Source: Planctomycetota bacterium (GTDB lineage Bacteria > Planctomycetota > UBA1135 > UBA2386). Taken from it: DNA of 64,000 nucleotides. How positions within the stretch are numbered: the stretch's first letter is position 1; each line of letters begins with the position of its first letter. This document shows positions 39,891 to 49,630 of the stretch, piece after piece. The DNA is taken from the NCBI GenBank assembly GCA_965223545.1, contig OZ245006.1:5792001-5856000 (forward strand). Reading direction: 5' to 3'. A model generated the notes under the pieces. The model was not told where the DNA came from and did no database searches. It saw only the letters and a list, made by a program, of their open reading frames with translations. A program made the translations under genes and the position numbers.

Positions 39891-42497
39891 TCATCGGTTC
39901 GCGACGAGCTTCCGCAGAGCGTCGAACTCCGGCGCCGAGCGCAGCGGCTCGAAGTGGGGGTGGTCGAGCAGCTGGCGGTTTTTGTAGCCGGCCTCGATCG
40001 CCCGCCGCAGGTGCTGCAGGGCGCGCTCGCGATACACGGCGGCCGCGGCCTCGTCGCTCCTGGCCGCGACCGGCAGGTTGCGCGCCAACACCCGGGCGGC
40101 GTTCCAACTCTCCTTCGGCGATGGGTCGATGTTGAAGAGCCGCTCGACATGATCCGCGACGGCAGCGTGGTCCGCGATGCGCTCGTGGCTGTGGATCGCG
40201 ACCTGCAGGGCTTTGACCCAGAGCCGGGTGTACTCGGGGTTCTTGGCCGACTGAACCGCGCGGTGTGCGGCCTCCGCGGCCACCGCGTGCCGCGCCGCGC
40301 CGTGCCAGTCACCCCGGCGCGTGGCGTGCGCGGACAACCGGCTGTGCGCCAGACCGAGGTCGTTTCGATGGGTGAAGTCGTCGGGGAAGTCCGACGCCAG
40401 CCCCTCGGCCAGCGTGGCGGCCTCCGTTGCGGCTTCGGTCGCTCGATCGGCCTCGCCGGCCTCCACCAGGGCCGTGCAGTAGTTCAGCAGGGTGATCGTC
40501 AGCGTGTTGCGCGTTCCGCGATCGCCAGAGTCGGCTTCGAGAAGCTCGCGCAGGGTCTGCACGTTGTCCTCGTAGTGCCGCAGCGCATCCTCGGGGTGTC
40601 CTGCTTTGGTGAGGGCCAGCGCCAAGTGCCCCTGCACCTTCGCCAGTCGACGCCGCCGGGCCTCGGTCGGCTCTCGGGCCGTGACCTCGCGGTACGCGGC
40701 GACGGCGTCCTGCTGAGCGCGGAGTGCGGCCTCGTGCTGTCCTCCGGTCGACAGGATGACCGAGTGGTTGTGGGTCTGCTGGGCCAGGCTCTCCACGACG
40801 AGCACTTCGCGCGGGAAGCGCTCCGCCAGGGCGCGTAGGTTGGTGACCACCTCCGCCGAGAGCGCCGCCGCCTCGTCCCGCCGCCCGCCGGCGAGGTGCA
40901 CGCGCGCCATCGCCGCGCGCGCCGTCTCGCGGCTGCCGAGCAGATAGACCTCGTCGGCAAATTGGCGCAGGACCTCGTCGTGGTGTATCAGGCTCTGCTC
41001 CAGCTCCTGCCACGCGCCGCCATCGCCCTGCCGCAGCAACAACACCGCGAGCTCGTAGTGCATGCGTGCCAGCCGTCGCCGCACGCGGTGGTCGTCCTGG
41101 TCGTCGAGCAGCCGCTGCAAGAACTCGATCGCGTCGCGCATCACGTCGCGGCGCACGACCGCCGCCTGTGGCACGTCCCGCAGGTCGTTCTCGCCGACGC
41201 GGCGCAGCATCCGGTCGACGGCTTCGAACGCGAGCTCCAGGCGTTGTTCGGCGTCGCGCTGGAAGCCGGCGGCGACGCCGATGCCGGTTGCTGTGGCGAG
41301 GATCGCGACGCCCAGCGCGATCGCTGCCAGCCGGTTGCGTCGCACCCACTTGCCCAGCTGCGCGAAGGCGCCGCCGCCGTAGGCGCGCACGACTCGGACT
41401 TCCAAGAACGCGCGCAAGTCGTCGGCAAGCTCGGCCGCCGAGCGATAGCGCTGGTCGGGAGCGCGCGCCATCGCGCGTTCGCAGATGGCGACCAGCTCGT
41501 CCGGGACTCCCGGTGCCGCGCGGTGTAGCGGTTCCGGCGGCCCTTCGACGACGCGGGCCAGGACCTCGCCCGAGCCGTTGGAGCCGTCGGTGAGGGCGTG
41601 CGGCATGCGGCCGGCGAGCACGTGGTAGAGCATCGCGCCGATCGCATACACGTCGGTGGTGGGCGCGAGCTGTGCGAGGTCGCCGCGCGCCTGCTCGGGC
41701 GCCATGTAGCCCGGCGTGCCGATCACGTCGCCGGTCATCGTCGGGGTCGCGAGCCGCCACCCGGGGTCCGGTGTCGGCGGGGGAGCGTCGGTGGCCGGAG
41801 GTTCGCCGTCGACCGCCTCGGCGCCCTCGCCGGTGAGGCGGGCCAGCCCCCAATCCATGACGAAGACCTCGCCGAAGCGACCGACCATCACGTTGGACGG
41901 CTTCAGATCGCGGTGCAGCACACCGCGGTCGTGCGCGTAGGAGACCGCGTCACAGACCCGCAGCAAGACGCCGAGCACGCGCGGTTGGCTCCACTCGCCA
42001 TCGCCGGCGTGCAGACGCTGGATCACTTCGCGCAGACTCTCGCCGCGCACCATCGTCATCGTGAAGTACGGCTGGCCGCCGTCGTCGCGGCCGACGTCGT
42101 GCACCGCGACGATGCCCGGGTGGGCCAGCCGCGCGGTGATCCGCGCCTCTTCGAAGAAGCGGTGGTTCTGCGGTCGCGCCGCGTCGCCCCCGGCGCGCAG
42201 CACCTTCATCGCGACCGGGCGGTCGAGCGCGCGATCCCAGGCGCGATAGACGTCGCCCATGCCACCGGCGCCGATCACGTCTTGGCGCGCGTAGCGTGCT
42301 TCGGGCTCGCCTTCTGCCGTGTCGTCACTGGGCGCCACGGCCTCGGTCCAGCTGCGGGCGATGACGTCCTCGTAGCCCGGGTAGCGGGCTTGGTAGTCCT
42401 CGAGCGTGCGCGTCGTGCCTCGCGCCCGGTCGTCGATCAGCGTTTGCAAGAACGCGAGCGCGACCCCGTCCGCGTCTCGGGTGTCCTGGTGCTGCAT
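39891..42497 (-). CDS. Hanks-type Ser/Thr kinase with TM and TPR-like C-terminus
   Basis: GAGGMG, VAMK, HRDLKPSN, DWGLA, GTPGYMAPEQ and DVYAIG. Confidence 0.95.
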   Translation of the reverse strand: MQHQDTRDADGVALAFLQTLIDDRARGTTRTLEDYQARYPGYEDVIARSWTEAVAPSDDTAEGEPEARYARQDVIGAGGMGDVYRAWDRALDRPVAMKVLRAGGDAARPQNHRFFEEARITARLAHPGIVAVHDVGRDDGGQPYFTMTMVRGESLREVIQRLHAGDGEWSQPRVLGVLLRVCDAVSYAHDRGVLHRDLKPSNVMVGRFGEVFVMDWGLARLTGEGAEAVDGEPPATDAPPPTPDPGWRLATPTMTGDVIGTPGYMAPEQARGDLAQLAPTTDVYAIGAMLYHVLAGRMPHALTDGSNGSGEVLARVVEGPPEPLHRAAPGVPDELVAICERAMARAPDQRYRSAAELADDLRAFLEVRVVRAYGGGAFAQLGKWVRRNRLAAIALGVAILATATGIGVAAGFQRDAEQRLELAFEAVDRMLRRVGENDLRDVPQAAVVRRDVMRDAIEFLQRLLDDQDDHRVRRRLARMHYELAVLLLRQGDGGAWQELEQSLIHHDEVLRQFADEVYLLGSRETARAAMARVHLAGGRRDEAAALSAEVVTNLRALAERFPREVLVVESLAQQTHNHSVILSTGGQHEAALRAQQDAVAAYREVTAREPTEARRRRLAKVQGHLALALTKAGHPEDALRHYEDNVQTLRELLEADSGDRGTRNTLTITLLNYCTALVEAGEADRATEAATEAATLAEGLASDFPDDFTHRNDLGLAHSRLSAHATRRGDWHGAARHAVAAEAAHRAVQSAKNPEYTRLWVKALQVAIHSHERIADHAAVADHVERLFNIDPSPKESWNAARVLARNLPVAARSDEAAAAVYRERALQHLRRAIEAGYKNRQLLDHPHFEPLRSAPEFDALRKLVANR

Positions 42498-42776
42498 GGT
42501 GGGGCAAGCATAGCGGCGGCGGATGCGGCGCGGTCGTCAGAGGGTCTCGATGGGGACGTCGATTGCAGTGTGGTGTGGGATCCAGTGCTGAAGAAAGACG
42601 TGCGCAAGATCGTCCGCATCCATCCCGGTGAGAGTCGAGTGCTCGATCGCGCGAACTTGCTCTACGCGGGAGAGAAGGCGGTGCAACGCCAGCTCGTCCT
42701 CGACGCGGTGCGGTGATGTGCGGCCGGTGCCGGCCGGGGCTTGCCCGATCGCGGGTGGCCCTAGGAAGATCGATGG

Positions 42777-44249
42777 GTGATCACGCCGAACCATGGCTGC
42801 GCCCCGGCGGAGTGGCGCGCGTTTCTTCTCTGTAGCGTCGTTGTCGGCACTCTGTTCGGCCCGGCCGCGGCCGCGCAGAGGGTCGACACGGAGCAGTCGC
42901 AGGAGCGGCCGCCGGTGATCGTGGTCGGCGCCGGCGTCGCCGGCCTCGGGGCGGCACGAGCCCTGGTCGGCGCCGGCCATCGCGCGATCGTGTTCGAGGC
43001 CCGGGATCGAATCGGCGGCCGGGTGTGGACGGTCGAACTCGCCGGCGCGCCGGTCGACGCCGGCGCAATGTTCATCCACGGGCGCGTCGACAATCCCGTG
43101 GCCGACTTGTTCGAGGCATGGGAGCTGGAGCATGCGCCCAGGGGTTGGGGGTTGCAGCCGGTGTTCGACGCCCGCCGGGGGGTCGCGCTCGAGGGCGGCG
43201 CGCTGCGCGTCGTGCGCGCGATCGGGGCGTTCGAGCGCGCATCGGTGACCCTCGCCGACGCGCTGCCCGCGGAGGCGTCGCTGGCCGACGCGGTGGCCGC
43301 GCACGTCGGCGGGCTCGCCGCCGAGGACCGGGAGGTCGATCGCTTCGCGATCGAGCACTTGTTTCTCGATCTCGTCGAATCGGGGCCGCTGTCGCGCATG
43401 TCCCTGCGCCACTACGTGCACAGCGAGTTCGTCGAGCTCGACGGTGGCGATCACGTGCCGGCGCGTGGATTCGGCGCGTTCGTCGACCGCCTGGCCGAGG
43501 GGCTCGACATCCGCCTCTCCGAGCCCGTGCGCCGCATCGCGCACGGCGAGGATGGCGTGTCGGTGACGACGACCGGGGGCGAGTACGCGGCGAGCCACGT
43601 CATCGTGACCGTCCCCCTCGGCGTGCTGCAAACCGGCGCGATCGAGTTCGACCCGCCGCTCCCCGAGCGCAAGCGCGGCGCCATCGACCGGCTCGACACG
43701 GGCAATTTGGAGAAGGTCGTGCTGCGCTTCGAGGAGGCGTTCTGGGCCGAACACGACGCCGGACCGACCATCGTCTACTTCGGCGAGCGGCCGGGCGAGC
43801 GGCCCGGCTTTCTGGATTTGAGCGCTGCCGCCGGCGAACCGGTGCTGGTGGGGTTGTTCGGCGGCCAGAGCGCGCGCGATCTGTTGGCGCGCGAGCGCGA
43901 TGACCGCATCGTCGCGGAAGCGCTCGCGGCGCTGCGCGACGTGTTCGGCGAGGACGTCCCCGAACCGCTGGCGAGCCTGGTGACGCGATGGCACTCCGAT
44001 CCGCACGCGCGGGGTTCGTACAGCTACATCCCCGTGGGTAGCGACCCCGATGACATGCGCGCGCTCGCCGCGCCGGTGGGCCAACGCCTGTTGTTCGCGG
44101 GCGAAGCCACATCCCCGACGGCGTTCGGCACCGTCCACGGTGCGTTGTGGTCCGGCGTGCGCGAGGCGGAGCGGATCATCGGGGGGAGCGTGGAGGTGGC
44201 GGAGCTGGCTGCGCCGTTGCCGGGTGGTGGCGGCGGCAAGCAGTGGTGA
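42777..44249 (+). CDS. Flavin amine oxidase (polyamine/monoamine oxidase family), likely secreted
   Basis: VGAGVAGL, EARDRIGGR, GSYSY, FAGEAT and TVHGA; N-terminal hydrophobic segment. Confidence 0.92.
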   Translation: MITPNHGCAPAEWRAFLLCSVVVGTLFGPAAAAQRVDTEQSQERPPVIVVGAGVAGLGAARALVGAGHRAIVFEARDRIGGRVWTVELAGAPVDAGAMFIHGRVDNPVADLFEAWELEHAPRGWGLQPVFDARRGVALEGGALRVVRAIGAFERASVTLADALPAEASLADAVAAHVGGLAAEDREVDRFAIEHLFLDLVESGPLSRMSLRHYVHSEFVELDGGDHVPARGFGAFVDRLAEGLDIRLSEPVRRIAHGEDGVSVTTTGGEYAASHVIVTVPLGVLQTGAIEFDPPLPERKRGAIDRLDTGNLEKVVLRFEEAFWAEHDAGPTIVYFGERPGERPGFLDLSAAAGEPVLVGLFGGQSARDLLARERDDRIVAEALAALRDVFGEDVPEPLASLVTRWHSDPHARGSYSYIPVGSDPDDMRALAAPVGQRLLFAGEATSPTAFGTVHGALWSGVREAERIIGGSVEVAELAAPLPGGGGGKQW

Positions 44250-44378
44250 CTGATCGTCCTCGGCGACCAGGAATGACGTTGTTGCGATGAGCTCGTCCGG
44301 GCGCTAGCCTCTGGCTTCGTGGCGTCCGGAGGAGAGTCAGGGCCACGCGTCGCGGCGTCTGCGTGTGCCGACAGATGC

Positions 44379-44747
44379 TTGTCGCGTGATGAACGCTGCA
44401 CGACCCGACGGAGTTGGCTTGGAGGGCTGATTGCCGGTGCCCTCGGCGCTGGCATGGTTGCGCTGTTGGTCGAGCGAGCAAAAGCAGAGCCCCCGATGAG
44501 GGCGGGCGAGCTCACCGTCACTCCCAATCCCGTCCTCGAGGGGCAGCCCGTCGAGGTGTCGTTCGACGGTGAGGGCCCGCTCTATTACTCCGTCGATGGC
44601 GGTCCCTGGGAGGAGATGCCGCTGACCGACGGCGAAGGCTCGCTCGATGCGCCGATCGGCTCGAGCGTCCTCGTGTTCTCGGACCGCAAGGACCCGGCCA
44701 CCGAGGCCGGGGTCTCGGTCGAAAGCTCTACCGAGAGTTCACCATGA
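44379..44747 (+). CDS. Small hypothetical protein with Tat-like signal and beta-sandwich domain
   Basis: TRRSWLGG...AKA|E, then LTVTPNPV..GQPVEV; ATGA overlap with the next gene. Start uncertain. Confidence 0.6.
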   Translation: MSRDERCTTRRSWLGGLIAGALGAGMVALLVERAKAEPPMRAGELTVTPNPVLEGQPVEVSFDGEGPLYYSVDGGPWEEMPLTDGEGSLDAPIGSSVLVFSDRKDPATEAGVSVESSTESSP

Positions 44748-45700
44748 CCGACATCGCCCCCTGTTCCGCGTTCCTTCTCCCGCTGCTGGCCGTCGCCGGG
44801 GCGCCATCGGCGCAAACGACGGTGACGGTCCCGCGGCATCTCGACCAGCAGGATGGGAATATCGGCGGCAGCTTGGCGGGTTTTCGCGGGCGGGCGCGGC
44901 AGCAGGTGCTGGTGCGCGGCAGTGAGCTGGGGGCGCTCGCGGGCAAGACTCTGACGGCGGTCTGGGTGCGGCGGGATCGATCGTTCGGCAATGCGTTCGA
45001 ATGCGGCGACCGGCAATCTCAAGCTGTCGCTTTCCCATGCCGCGGTGCCGCCGTCGGCAACCGATCTCGTGTTTGCCAACAATCGCGGGCCCACGCCGGT
45101 CGTCGTCTTGGACCGGAGCGTCAACATGCCGCCGACGCCGGTGCCGCCGGTGCCGGTGCCGTGGGTGGCGCCGTTTGCGGTGCGGATCCACTTCGACAAC
45201 CCGTTCGTCTACGCCGGCGGCGACCTGTGCGTCGAGTTCGAGGGCGAGCTGCAATCGTCGGGGCCCGAGGGTTGGTGGTTCGACTTCGAGAAGGAGACCA
45301 ACACGGCGGCGGTCTCGCGGTTCGGTGCGGGTTGTGGCGCGCCGGTCGCGGAGTACGTGCCGCCGGCGGCAGCGCAAGCGCGCGGTCTGCATGCCGGTGG
45401 CACTGCGACCGTGGCTCTGGCCGGTCGCGTGCGCACGATTGGCGCGTTGGTGCTGGGGTCGGCGCACACGACGGCATGGGATCTCTCAGCGCGGCCGGGG
45501 CCGCAACCAAACACGGAGCGATCCGCAACCCGATGCGGTTGACGACCACCAACGGGCTGTACCTCGACATTGATACGACACTGCCGAGCGGCGCCTTCGC
45601 CACCGTGATTTCGGCGCGGGTGCACGCCGGGGCGCCGCTGCCGCCGGACGGCCAGGTCTTGGTTGGCAGGATGCCGGCGCGGCGCTTCGAGACCCAGTAG
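44744..45700 (+). pseudogene. Frameshifted secreted protein gene (or assembly error)
   Basis: Protein-like sequence changes frame at about 45000 and returns at about 45500-45533. Confidence 0.65.
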
Positions 45701-45965
45701 GGCCGCTGTTCTCCGGGCGCGGAGACGCGTTCAACCACCGCCGAACAAGTCCAAGGCGCGTCGTTCGTCCGAGGACTGCAAGGGGTGCCGTCAGATTCCG
45801 CGGCAGATCAGGATCGTTCGAAAAGAGACGAGCGCGCACGATTGGTGTCGGCAGGCGAGCATCGGTGGTTGAGCAGATGGTCGTTTTTGCTCACGCATGT
45901 ATGGCAATCGCTTTAGCGGTAACGCCTGTCTCAAGACATCGTTGATTGTAGTCGATAGCGACGGC

Positions 45966-47255
45966 ATGACTGCGGCGCCGCCGATTCGAATCCTTCTTGT
46001 GGAAGATGATCTCGGCGACCAGCACTTGTTCCAGCGTCATCTCCAGCGCTCGAACGACGTTGCGGTCGAGGTCCAGGCGGAAGGCACCGTGGCCGGCGCG
46101 GTAGACGCGATCCGGTCGTCGCCCGGCTTCGACGTCGCGTTCATCGACTTCGGGCTGCCCGATGCACAGGGAGTCGAGGTCATCGATGCGATCCAGGAGG
46201 TCGCGCCGGATCTTCCTCTCGTCGTGCTGACGGGGCACAGCGACGAGCAGGTCGCCTTGGCTGCACTCCGCGCCGGCGCCCAGGATTATCTGCTGAAGGG
46301 GCAGATGAGCCCTATCAACATGCGGCGCATCATGCGGTTCGCCATCGAGCGGAAATCGGTGACGGAGCGGCTGCGCCTCAAGGAGCGGGAGCTGCGTCGC
46401 GTCGAGCGCCTGAAGTCCACGGGCGAGCTGGCCGCTGGCGTCGCGCACGAGATCAACACACCCCTGCAGTACGTCGGCGACAATCTGTTCTTCCTCGAAG
46501 AGTCGATGCAGCAGCTGAGTCCCGCGCTGCGCCTCGCCGCCGCGCTGGCATCGGCAGACGCGTCCGGGGCCGCGACCCTGACCGAGCAGCTGCGCGGCGC
46601 GCTGGCCGATGTCGATGTCGACTACTTGCTGTCCGAGCTGCCGCTGGCGCTGTCGCAGACCAAGGACGGTCTGGGGCGGGTGACGGACATCGTGCGGGCG
46701 ATGAAGGAGTTCTCGCACCCGGGCAGCGACGAGAAGCAAGAGGTCGACGTGCAGCAGGTGATCGACACCACGCTGATGGTGTCGCGCAACGAGTGGAAGT
46801 ACGTGGCGACGGCGGAAGCACGCGTCGAGGGCGCGATCCCGCGCTTGCAGGGCTATCCGGGCGAGCTGTCCCAGGTGGTGCTCAACCTGGTCGTCAATGC
46901 GGCTCACGCGATCAAGGAGGTGCCCGACCGGGATCCAGAAACGCGCGGTCGCATCGACATTCTAGTGCGCGCCGACGAGTCGGCGGACTCGATCGTCATC
47001 ACGGTGACCGACACCGGCGCGGGGATGTCGCCCGAGACGGTGGCCCGGTGCATGGAGCCCGATTTCACCACCAAGGGGCGTGGCGTGGGCACGGGGCAAG
47101 GGTTGGCTCTGGTGCAGAGCATCGTCGTCGCGCGGCACGGCGGCCGGGTGTCGGTGGAGTCCGAGCTGGGGTCGGGAACCGCCGTGACGGTCGAGCTGCC
47201 GACGCGGGGTGGGCAGCTGCCGCGCGCCGACGTGATGACGGCACAGGTGTCCTGA
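45966..47255 (+). CDS. Hybrid receiver + histidine kinase
   Basis: ILLVEDD, AFIDFGLPD, AHEINTPLQY, NLVVNA, DTGAGM and GTGQGL. Confidence 0.93.
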   Translation: MTAAPPIRILLVEDDLGDQHLFQRHLQRSNDVAVEVQAEGTVAGAVDAIRSSPGFDVAFIDFGLPDAQGVEVIDAIQEVAPDLPLVVLTGHSDEQVALAALRAGAQDYLLKGQMSPINMRRIMRFAIERKSVTERLRLKERELRRVERLKSTGELAAGVAHEINTPLQYVGDNLFFLEESMQQLSPALRLAAALASADASGAATLTEQLRGALADVDVDYLLSELPLALSQTKDGLGRVTDIVRAMKEFSHPGSDEKQEVDVQQVIDTTLMVSRNEWKYVATAEARVEGAIPRLQGYPGELSQVVLNLVVNAAHAIKEVPDRDPETRGRIDILVRADESADSIVITVTDTGAGMSPETVARCMEPDFTTKGRGVGTGQGLALVQSIVVARHGGRVSVESELGSGTAVTVELPTRGGQLPRADVMTAQVS

Positions 47256-48187
47256 TGCGGGCCGCGACCAAACCGTCGGTCTTGCTGGTGGACGACGAGC
47301 CCAACGTCGTCAATGCCACGCGGAGACTGCTGGGCTCGACCTGCGAATGCCACGTCGCCCACGACGGCAGCGGCGCGCTCACCCAGATCGAGAGCCGCAC
47401 GTTCGACTATCTGATCACCGACATGCGCATGCCAAAGATGTCGGGTGCCGAGTTCCTCAGCGAAGCCGCGATCCTGTCGCCGAACTCGGTGAGGGTCGTG
47501 TTGTCCGGCCAGGCCGCCGCGGACTGCGTCGCCGAAGCCTTGCGCTACGCGCACCAGTACTTGAGCAAACCAGTCTCACAACAGACGGTGCGCGCGCTGA
47601 TCGTGGGCATCGAGGCGGCCAAGGCCGCCGTCGGCGACCCGGAGCTGGTCCATGATTTGGTCTGCCTGCGGACAGTGCCGGGCTCGGCGCGCATCCGTTC
47701 GCAGCTGCAGGAGGCCGTGCGGTCGGACGATGCGGACCTGGAGCACGTCGCCGAGCTCGTCGAGAGCTGCCCGGCATTGGCGGTCAAGGTCATGCAGGTC
47801 AAGCAGGCGTTTGGCGCGGCGTCGTGCTCGGAATGGGCTCCGGGACAGGTCGCCAAGCAGATCGGCTTCGAGCTGCTCCGCCTGCTGGTCGGTCCTGGAA
47901 GGGCGATCTGGTCGACGGGCGACACCGGACATGGTGCCGCGCTGACCGCGGTGGCCCAGGCTGGCGGTGCCGAGCTCTGGCAGGCCATCGGCTCCCAGGT
48001 GATGACTACCCGGCCAGAATCGGATGGCGACTCCGTGGCGAACGCCGGCGGAACGACGGATGCAAGTGATCGTCACTTGGCAGTCGGTGAGTTCCTCTGC
48101 CGTCTTTGGGGTGTGGATGTGGCGACTGCGCACCCCGAGTCCCGGGCGACACCGGCTGGCCCGGCGATGACGCCCGCGCGGCAATGA
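47255..48187 (+). CDS. Response regulator with degenerate HDOD-like domain
   Basis: LVDDE, TDMRMP and AHQYLSKP, followed by VAELVESCPALAVKVM. Confidence 0.8.
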   Translation: MRAATKPSVLLVDDEPNVVNATRRLLGSTCECHVAHDGSGALTQIESRTFDYLITDMRMPKMSGAEFLSEAAILSPNSVRVVLSGQAAADCVAEALRYAHQYLSKPVSQQTVRALIVGIEAAKAAVGDPELVHDLVCLRTVPGSARIRSQLQEAVRSDDADLEHVAELVESCPALAVKVMQVKQAFGAASCSEWAPGQVAKQIGFELLRLLVGPGRAIWSTGDTGHGAALTAVAQAGGAELWQAIGSQVMTTRPESDGDSVANAGGTTDASDRHLAVGEFLCRLWGVDVATAHPESRATPAGPAMTPARQ

Positions 48188-48209
48188 CAGTCCCGATGAG
48201 GTCGTTGGT

Positions 48210-48641
48210 ATGAGCAAACTGGAGAAGTGGGCCAAGCGCGTACCCGAGGCGACCGTCGCGGCGGCCAGGATCTTGATTCTCGACGACGACGCGGGAGTCC
48301 TGAACGGGCTGACGCGGTGCTGCCGCGTGTTCCGCCCGGGTTGGCACATCACGACGACCTCCAGCGCTTCGCAGGCGCTCAAGCTCCTGCGTCGCGACGT
48401 CTACGACGTCGTCGTCAGCGACATCTTCATGCCGGGAATGGACGGGCTCGAGTTCATCGTGTGCGTGCGCCAGTTCGCCCCGCGCACCGTCGTGATCGCG
48501 ATGACCGGCGGTCACGACATGTCGGCTGCCTTCTTGGGAGCGGCCTCGTCCCTGGGCGCCGATCGGGCGCTGGCCAAGCCGGTTGGCACCAAGGAGTTCA
48601 TTGTGGCGGTCGAAGAGAGTCTCAGAAGCGAGAAGGAGTGA
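48210..48641 (+). CDS. Single-domain response regulator
   Basis: ILDDD, SDIFMPGMDGL, MTGG and LAKP. Confidence 0.9.
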   Translation: MSKLEKWAKRVPEATVAAARILILDDDAGVLNGLTRCCRVFRPGWHITTTSSASQALKLLRRDVYDVVVSDIFMPGMDGLEFIVCVRQFAPRTVVIAMTGGHDMSAAFLGAASSLGADRALAKPVGTKEFIVAVEESLRSEKE

Positions 48642-48643
48642 CA

Positions 48644-49630
48644 ATGACCAGTGAACGAAGCGCAGCGCCGCATCGCGTCCTGTTGGTGGACGATGATGCC
48701 AGCGTCTTGGATGCCTACGGCCGCACACTCGGTTCGGCGTACTCGACCGTCAAGTGCACCAGCGCGAGCGATGCCATCGCCGAGCTGGAGCGCGGCAGAG
48801 AGTTCTCGGTCGTGCTGTCCGATCTGCAGATGCCCGGCATGGACGGCATCGAGCTGCTCGAGCGCTGCAGCCTGCTGGCGCCGCGCACCGTGCGCGTCCT
48901 GCTGACCGGCAGGGCGGACATCAGCGCGGCAGTGAGAGCCGTCAATCAGGGGCGCGTATTCCGGTTTCTCGAGAAGCCCTGCGACCGCGACGACCTGCGC
49001 CAAGTGGTGGGGGCCGCGGTCAGGCAGTTCGAGCTGGAGCTGGCCGAGGAGCGCCTGCTCGAGGACACGTTGAGCGGCGCGATCCAGGTCTGTGCCGAGA
49101 TCCTCGCCAACCAGATGCCGGCAGTGGCCCGGTGCACCGCGCGCAGTCATGCGTTGGCCGTCGAAGTCGCCCACCGGGCGGGGATGCAGTGGTCTTGGCC
49201 TGCCAAGGTCGCCGCCAACCTGGTCGGCATCGGCTACACCACGGTGCCGCCGGTGGTGTTGGCGCGGCAGCGGCAGGGCAAGCGCTTGACCGCCGAGGAA
49301 GAAGCTCTGCTCGATGCGGTTCCGCTGCGTGGAGCCGAGCTGTTGGAGCGGGTGCCGCGGCTCGAAGGTGCGGCCGAGATCATCCGCTACTCGGGCAAGG
49401 GATACGACGGCAGTGGCCTGCCGGAAGGCGGCCTGAGCGGCGATGAGATCCCGGAGGCGGCGCGCATCCTCAAGATCGTGCACGCGTTCGGCCTGCTGCA
49501 GCTGTTGGGTTGGAGTGACGAGGAGGCCATGGGCGAGCTGCGCAGCCGGGCGGCCGAGTTCGATCCCGCGTTGATGGCGGTCGTGGAACGCGTCGTCGTC
49601 GAGGGCGCGGGGAGCAGTTTGGTGTCGTGA
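48644..49630 (+). CDS. Response regulator with degenerate HD-GYP domain
   Basis: LVDDD, SDLQMP and FLEKP, then YDGSGLP...GDEIPEAARIL with no HD or HHE residues. Confidence 0.85.
   Translation: MTSERSAAPHRVLLVDDDASVLDAYGRTLGSAYSTVKCTSASDAIAELERGREFSVVLSDLQMPGMDGIELLERCSLLAPRTVRVLLTGRADISAAVRAVNQGRVFRFLEKPCDRDDLRQVVGAAVRQFELELAEERLLEDTLSGAIQVCAEILANQMPAVARCTARSHALAVEVAHRAGMQWSWPAKVAANLVGIGYTTVPPVVLARQRQGKRLTAEEEALLDAVPLRGAELLERVPRLEGAAEIIRYSGKGYDGSGLPEGGLSGDEIPEAARILKIVHAFGLLQLLGWSDEEAMGELRSRAAEFDPALMAVVERVVVEGAGSSLVS

Noticed and set aside
45781..45815. SRP RNA or a riboswitch within the hairpin
   Set aside because: It lacks the SRP domain IV consensus and any riboswitch consensus I recognise; kept only as an unassigned structure.
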